Assembly (NCBI GenBank): GCA_964016885.1
Contig: OZ024746.1
Coordinates: 75,144,001-75,208,000 of the forward strand
DNA from: Eledone cirrhosa
Lineage: Eukaryota
DNA: 64,000 bases
Reading direction: 5' to 3'
Below, in pieces: positions 56,116 to 64,000 of the stretch. The stretch's first letter is position 1. Each line of letters starts with the position of its first letter. A model generated the notes under the pieces. It was not told the DNA's origin and ran no database searches. It was given only the letters and a program-made list of their open reading frames with translations. The position numbers and the translations under genes were made by a program.

Positions 56116-59100
56116 ATGTTTCTTTTATTTGCCACAAGGGCATCAAAAGTGGGACAAGTACAATGGGGGGAGTTTACAAAACAAGGCGTCCTCAATAGGG
56201 AGGAGGCAATAACAATATATAAAAATAAAATAAAATATAACAAAAAATAGAATTATAACAAAATCCTCAATAGAGGATTTTGTTATAAAATATAACAAAA
56301 AATAAAATTTATAACAAAATCCTCAATAGAGAGGAGGCGCCTTGGGGGATCGCACACACCCCCGAAAAAGTGTGCAACACTTTTCCTCAGGAGCACAGAG
56401 AAGGGGTGCTCCCTTGGTCTTTCATCTTCCTCACCTATAGTCTGATGTAGAGTGAAGGCCCATTCACACGGGCCATTCTCGCCACTTTCACCCACCTTTC
56501 ATAAAAACGACTGGGGTGCAGCACCTCTCTCTCCATCCTGATCCTTCTTCCGAAATGATATCGGAAGAAACGGACCAGTTGTTGGCCAGAGAGAAAGGTG
56601 CCTGACCTCAGTCCTTTCAGACGCGTTCACCATACAACCTCTTTCGCCATGGCTATTACGCACAGAAACACCGCCTCTGCTTCATCTTTGAAGGGGGGAG
56701 GCGGCTTGATCATTACAATAGACTCGGTGGTCAACCGGATCGGTCCCACCCTTGACAGCAGTTGTTCGACATAGCCCCACAGATCGGCTACGCCCGAGCA
56801 GTGTACCAATGCGTGTGCAACGGTTTCCTCGTCGCACACGCATCTGGGACAGATCTTTTTGGCGGGGTCCCTACCCGGGCGCCCGTGTCTGTAGAGCCTT
56901 TCTCGAACGGGTAAAGCTCCTCGGTAGCACTGCCAGGCCAGGGACTTCTGGAAGTTGTCCATAGGTCCCGGGCTGAATGTCCTACCGAACAGGCTGGCCA
57001 GTTCGTCCTCCTCCATGTCTAGGGCTTCTCCGAGGGCGTCGTCGCACCTGCTGCGTACCAGCCCTCTATAGAATGTTGCGGTGGAGTCTCCACTGATAAC
57101 CGGATCCGCCTGCCAGAGGGCGGTGAGCGCCTGGGCACACTCAGTGTGCCAGGCGCCCAGTTTTCTCGGTCTTTGCTTGACCCAGGATTGCAGCTCGGTG
57201 AGTGAGACGAGTCTGGGAAAGGTTCGTCTCACAAACGAGGCCCACACCGGTTGTCCGGTGAGGAATACGTAGAGGTGCCGTAGCCTTAATGCGTGTTTAC
57301 GCATCATTAGCCAAGGCATCCCCAGCCCTCCTTTCGAAGGGTGTTGACAGCAGATGGATCTCCTCACCATAGGAGCCCGCCTCTTCCAAAGGAATTGGAA
57401 GAGCGCGCGCTCCATCTTGGTGAGGGTTCCCCTTGGGCAGGGCACTACGGTCAGGCGGTAGTAGATGACGGACACTATGTAGGTGTTCGCCACCTCCACC
57501 CGACCTTTCAGGGATAGTTTGCAACTGGCCCACTTCTGGGTCAGTGCAAACACCCTGTTCGTAACCTCCGCCCAGTTTTTCTCCACCTGGAGGTCCGGTC
57601 CGAACCAGACCCCGAGCAACTTTACCGGGCCCTCCGTCCAGCGTCCGACGACGCCATCGGAGGGCATCGGTCTGCCCCTCCACGTGCCGAGTTGCAAACC
57701 GATCGACTTGTCCCGGTTCAGCTTAGCCCCTGTGAGCTTTTCGTACTCCTCCAGTAAGGTGCCGAACGCCTCGATTTCGGAGGCCGTCGACACCATTACT
57801 GTCACGTCATCGGCGTAGGCCGACACCGCTTTCCGCAATTCCGGTTCCAAAGGGATGCCCTGCAACAACTCCAACTTCCGCAGTAGTGGCTCGAGAGTCA
57901 ACACATACAGAAGGGAGGAGAGAGGGCACCCTTGTCGGATGGACCGCGCGATTTTGAACGGCTCCGAGAGGTAGCCGTTCACCATGACCCTAGAGCAGAT
58001 GCGGCTGCTGTGCATAGCAGTGATCCAGCCCCTGAAAACGGGTCCGAAGCCTGCCGCCGCTAGCACCGCATCCAGGTAACCATGGTCGACCCTATCGAAC
58101 GCCTTAGATTGATCCAAGTTGATCAGAGCCCCACCAAAGCCGGGTTCGTTCCCAACCCTCTCTATGATGTATCGCATGAGGTGGAGGTTGTCATGGATGG
58201 ACCTGGACGGGATAGCGCATGTCTGCGCATCTCCCACCAGGTTGCCCACGACAAGCGCCAACCTCTTTGCTAGCACCTTGGCCAAAATCTGTAACTCTGT
58301 ATTTAGCAGAGTTATGGGCCTGAAGTTATTTATTTCGTCCCCCTTGTTCTCGTCCTTTCTCACTAGCGTGACTACGCCCTTGGTCACAGTACAGGGAATT
58401 CTCCCGTTCTGTTGCCAGTTGCAGTAGACCGCTTCGAGGAGATCGGGGAACAAGTCCGGCATAGATAGATATAATTCGTAAGGAAGACCATCGAGACCCG
58501 GGGATTTGCGTTTGCCGCATTGGCTCAGCACGTCCTCTATCTCAGCGGCCGAAATCGGCTCCTCGCAGGACTTCGCCTCCCTGTCCGAGAGGCGCGGCAG
58601 GCCGTCGAGGTATGGACCGAAGTCCACGTTCCCAACCGGCTACCCGCCCCTGCCGAACAGTCGGGCAAAGTGCCTTTGAAAGGCCTCACACATCTGCTTA
58701 GGCTCAAGAATCGCCCGTCCATCCAGGTCTCGCAAAGACCGGATGGTGGATTTAGTTCCACTGTTGGCCTCTGTCACGCGGGCCCAGCTAACAGCTTTGG
58801 TCCCCTCGTTCCCTAGAGCACGTATTTTACTTCGGACAACGCAGCCTTCGTGCTTCGCGTCGAAAAACTGGCTCAAAGCCGTTCTCGACGATTTGCCCAA
58901 GTCCAGGTTGGCGCAGTCGGAAAATCTAGTCGATATCTATCGGCCAGGTCAAATCGACCGATTAACCCTTTGAGGCTATTACACCCCTCTCTATCGGGGC
59001 AGGCCCCTACGTAGTCCCAGCGTGCATCTAGGATACCATTCCAGTCCCCCACTAATAGCAAGGAGCGGGACGTCCCTAGAAAAGTCTCCAGACGATGGAA

Positions 59101-60505
59101 GAAGTCCGGCCGCATTGACCCGAAAGGGCCGTAGGCGGCTACCAACCTAAACGCTCCGCCTTTACCACTGCTAAGGTCCAGAACCACTAGTCGACCCTCC
59201 GGGTCCAAATGTACCATCTGTGTTGCGAGACCCAGATGTTTTTGCAGCAGAACGACAACTCCACCCCCACCTCCGGGCTGACAGAGAGATGCGTGCATCT
59301 CAAAGTCATCAAAGGTGGGGGCCAGCTGTCGCACGTTGCTGATCCGGGCCTCGCAAATAACCATCACATCTATACGTTGTGACCTGAGGTCATTTAGAAG
59401 CATTGCTTGCTTCCAAGTTGAGCCCAGGCCACGCGCATTTAAACAGCCTACTCTTAGCATAGCCATGTTGGTGGTGAAGAGAAAAGGCACTTACCTCTCT
59501 GCGTCCCGGGTATCGGGCTGCACAATTTCCATTAGGGTGGGGGATGGGTTGTTGGGTGGGGTGGTGGTTTGTGGAAGTGTGGGGGCATCAGTGTGTTGTG
59601 TGGTTGGGGAGCTTGGAGTTGTGTGGGTGTTTGGGGAGGGGGTGGGATAGTTTTTTAGGAGGACGCGGTTAATGGGCCCGACGCAGGGGGGGGGACCCAC
59701 GTCCTCTTTAAAATTGTTTTTTAAAGTTTTATAGGTGTCCTGTGGGGCCTTAATCATTTTGAGGTGGGGGAAATCCCCTGCCTGGGTGAAGTTAGGCCCT
59801 TGTGTTTTTATTAGATTGTTGTTGTACACAATGTTTAACAGTTTTTTGTTTCTTGTATTTATGTATGTGTATGCATGTTTTTGTTTTTGTGTGGTGTTTT
59901 TTGTTTGCTGTTGTTGTGAGCTCTTTTGTGTTGGTGTCAGTGTTTGTTTTGGGGAGGGGTTTTTTTCATTTGTGTGTCTGGGGTGTGTTTTCTTTTTTTT
60001 CTTTTGATTGTATGGAAGTGCTCCTCCTCGTCTGACGACGAACTAGGGTCATCTTCCGCGTTGGAGGGGAGGGGTATATTTTCGGGTTGTGTTTGCGGTA
60101 CGGGTGTTTTGGAAATTGTTTTTGTTTTTTGAGTGGAGGGGATGGGTTGGACATTGTTTTGTTTTGGTTTGAGCTGTGGTGGTTGTTTTTGTAGTGGTAG
60201 TTGTGGTTATTGTGTTGGTTGTGCAGTTGTTGGTGGTGTAGGCAGGATTGGGGTTTTCTTATTAAGTTGGGGACAGACAGCCCTCAGGTGACCTCTGGTT
60301 CCGCAGAGGTAACACGAGGGCCGTCTACCCTCAACGGTAATGTTGATGAAGGTTAGATCATCCAGTATGACGCGTTCAGGAATCTGGGCGATCCTTTCGG
60401 GCCTCATTTGAACTACAAGTTCGAGGCTCGTTCCACTGAACGCGTCACCCGATGCCTTTCCCATGGACACCAGCATGTCATCCTCCAGGTCCAGAAGAAA
60501 AAAAC
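56116..60505 (-). mobile_element. Tx1-like (L1 clade) non-LTR retrotransposon, 5'-truncated and inactivated
   Basis: ORF1 remnant with gag knuckle CYLCGTRGHLRAVC (60207-60476). APE endonuclease (LNARGL, GDWN; 58873-59467). RT (KSPGLDG, DQSKAFD, RQGCP, YADD) and C-terminal CPRC...H...C. In-frame stops at 58640 and 56627 and an internal deletion between EN and RT. (GATA)n on both sides. Confidence 0.93.
56627..58900 (-). pseudogene. Tx1-like ORF2 reverse transcriptase region with premature stops
   Basis: ORFs 58640-58900 and 56627-58627 are in the same frame, separated by a stop. All RT motifs are present. Confidence 0.9.
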
Positions 60506-60578
<73 letters not shown>

Positions 60579-60592
60579 ATAGATAAATAGTT

Positions 60593-60633
<41 letters not shown>

Positions 60634-60635
<2 letters not shown>

Positions 60636-61001
60636 TGTTTCTTTATTAGCCACAGGGGCACAAAAGAAGGGGACAAATACAAAGGGGGAAGTTTACATAC
60701 AATAAAAACGTGTGAAATATTATCACAAATGCAATTTAAAAAATTAATCGATTTTCCACAATAGGGGGAGACAGTTCATATGGGTAACACGTACCCCCGA
60801 AAAAATGTGCAACCCTCATCTCCAAGAGTACGAAGAGTTTGTACCCCTTTCCTCTCTTCCTCTTTTTCCTCAACTTACAGGCTGATATAGAGAGAAGGCC
60901 CATTCACTCGGGCCATTCTCGCCACTTTCACCCACCTTTCATAAAACTTGCTGGGGTACAGCACCTCTCTCTCTCCATCCTGATTCTTCTTCCAAAATGG
61001 T

Positions 61002-61036
<35 letters not shown>

Positions 61037-61553
61037 TGTTTCTTTATTAGCCAGAGGGGCACAAAAGAAGGGGCCAAATACAAAAGAGGAAGTTTACATA
61101 CAATAAAAACGTGTAAAATATTATCATAAATGCAATTTAAAAATTAATCGATTTTCCCTAATAGGGGGAGACATTTCATATGGCTAACACATACCCCCGA
61201 AAAAAAATGTGCAACCCTCATCTCCAGGAGTACGAAGAGTTTGTAGTCCCTTCCTCTCCTCCTCTTTTTCCTCAACCTACAGGCTGATATAGAGAGAAGG
61301 CCCATTCACTCGGGCCATTCTCGCCACTTTCACCCACCTTTCATAAAACTTGCTGGGGTACAGCACCTCTCTCTCCATCCTGATTCTTCATCCAAAGAGG
61401 TATTTGAAAAAAAGAATCAGTTGTTCGCCGGAGACAAAGGTGTCTGACCTCAGCCCTTTTAACCTCGTCCACCATACAACCTCTTTCGCCATAGCTATCG
61501 CACAAAGGAAAACCGCCTCTCCTTCGCTTTTGAAGGAGGGTGGCGGTTTGAAT
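60634..61553 (-). mobile_element. Two tandem 3'-end fragments of a Tx1-like LINE separated by (GATA)n
   Basis: 60634-61002 and 61035-61553 align to each other and to 56116-56710. Each starts with GATAGATATGTTTCTTTATTAGCCA on the plus strand. Confidence 0.85.
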
Positions 61554-61802
61554 AGACAGACAAATCTATGAGTGTTTTTGTATGCGAAAAATAAACGGTA
61601 ACATCAAAGCAAACAATGAAAAAATATATTAGTTTAACGCTTGATATAGTAGGTAAAGAGTTTTTTTGTTGTTGTTGTTTTTTACGATGCGAAGACTAGT
61701 CTTTCATCAGAAGATAGAAAGAAATATAAAATACGAAATAGAAAGATAGTGGGAAGACGAAGGAGTGAAATAACATGTTTTGAGAAAAATCACGTCAGTT
61801 TG

Positions 61803-61883
<81 letters not shown>

Positions 61884-61926
61884 AGGGGGGAGATGGACGA
61901 AAGAGTGGGAGAAAGAGAGAGAGCTG

Positions 61927-62000
<74 letters not shown>

Positions 62001-62221
62001 GGGGAGGGGACATATAAAACAAGTGTTGATTAACAAGTGTAATTATTTATCTAAGGCGGCGATCTTGACAGAGTCGTCAGAACGTAGAATAGGATATTTT
62101 GCGTTATTCGTTCCGACTCTCTGCGTTCTAGGTTCAACTTACCATTCACCATTTTAATGTTGACGAATTTGTACCAACCTACTATTGAGGTCAATTCTTC
62201 CTTTATCCTCCCCTCCACTTT

Positions 62222-62288
<67 letters not shown>

Positions 62289-62339
62289 TGAAAATTTAAG
62301 TAAGTAAGTTAATATATATATATTTAAGTAAGTAAGTTA

Positions 62340-62439
<100 letters not shown>

Positions 62440-62506
62440 AATTTAAGTAAGTAAGTTAATTTTTTTTTTAATTTTTTAAAAAAATTTTCTTATTTTACGT
62501 CTTTTA

Positions 62507-62547
<41 letters not shown>

Positions 62548-62678
62548 CGAAGGAAATGTGGTAAGGAACCAGGTGGACCATAACGCACCAAATTACTCAA
62601 TGCTTAGGGTAGTAGAGTGGGTAATAGGAACGAGTAGGACCCCGACGGCTGAGCTCAGCCGTCGGGGCCCTACTCGTT

Positions 62679-62733
<55 letters not shown>

Positions 62734-62861
62734 GTTATTCCGGGTTGAATCGGAGGTAACCACGGTAAGTAAGGTACTCAATACATTGCAGAGTATAAAG
62801 GCTTTAATATAGATGAGATTCTACAGGACTAGAACTGTTTCATTCTTTAGAAATCATCAGA

Positions 62862-62908
62862 ATTCCTGATGATTTCTAAAGAATGAAACAGTTCTAGTCC
62901 TGTAGAAT
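62862..62908 (+). ncRNA. Type I hammerhead ribozyme motif (partner 62817-62860 -)
   Basis: ATTC-CTGATGA-T-TTCT-AA-AGAA-T-GAA-ACAG-TTCTAGTC-CTGT-A-GAAT. Covaries with the 55893 copy in stems I and II. Confidence 0.8.
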
Positions 62909-62912
62909 CTCA

Positions 62913-63002
<90 letters not shown>

Positions 63003-63201
63003 CAGGATCCGGACGGCTGAGCTCCGGCCGTTTCGACAACTAGATCCGAACAGATCTAGCGTTCGGATCTAGCTGTCGAAACAGCCGGAGCTCAGCCGTC
63101 GGGGTCCGGATTCTTTTCCTATTACCCACTCTACTACCCTTAAGTATCGAGTACTCTGGTGCGTTATGGTCCACCTGGTATCTTACCACACCTTCTTTGT
63201 C

Positions 63202-63323
<122 letters not shown>

Positions 63324-63753
63324 TACTCCTTCACTCTCCTTCTCTGGAAGAAATCAGGCCTAGAGAGATGGTGGGATCTGATAGATTTAAAAATCCCATG
63401 ACACGCCGTATGTTGCTACAGCGTCCCTACAACTCCATCGGCAGTTACTTGTTAATACATGCACAATTGTTTATCTATGAGAAGTTCCCTAAAGAAAAAA
63501 AACTCCTTAAGTCAACTATAATTCGGGAGCTTATTAGCTGGAATAAATAAATCATGAGTAAATAAAATAAAGGAAACTAAGAAATTACCAAGTGTCAGTA
63601 AGCTATCTCATTATAGAGTTATCCAGCGTATATTCTAAGATACAGCAGAACTAAGAAGACATCTTATATAATTAGTCAATACTGACATCTAGGTATTAGA
63701 AGTCTATACATCACACACACACACAAACATACATACATATATATATATATATA

Positions 63754-63841
<88 letters not shown>

Positions 63842-63893
63842 TGTGTGTGTGTCTGTGTCTGTGTGTGTCTGTGTCTGTGTGTGTATGTGTGTC

Positions 63894-63937
<44 letters not shown>

Positions 63938-64000
63938 CACGTGCGTGTGTGTGTGTGTGTGTGCGTGTATGTGTGTGTGTGTCTGTGTGTATGTGTGTGT

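Overview
AT-rich, microsatellite-saturated animal genomic DNA. The tRNA-derived SINE family, (TA)n/(CATA)n/(GATA)n tracts and chitin-binding genes suggest an Octopus-like cephalopod (inference). Host genes: a minus-strand tandem cluster of peritrophin-A (CBM14/ChtBD2) chitin-binding genes. Two are complete secreted 3-exon/3-domain genes (11740-16850 and 35564-41857) and one exon of a third lies at 54695-54909. Mobile DNA: a near-full-length inactivated Tx1-like LINE with several 3' fragments sitting in (GATA)n, RTE fragments, over 20 SINE copies, an old MITE, and 35-bp and 50-bp minisatellites. The main unannotated signal is about 20 minimal type-I hammerhead-ribozyme motifs (CUGANGA...GAAA cores with pairable stems, mostly palindromic stem III, and compensatory changes between copies). 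They lie in short Penelope-like pLTR fragments that are nearly always embedded in or next to (TA)n tracts and often arranged as inverted pairs. In several pairs the junction sits right at the ribozyme 5' edge. One such element retains a C-terminal GIY-YIG endonuclease fragment.
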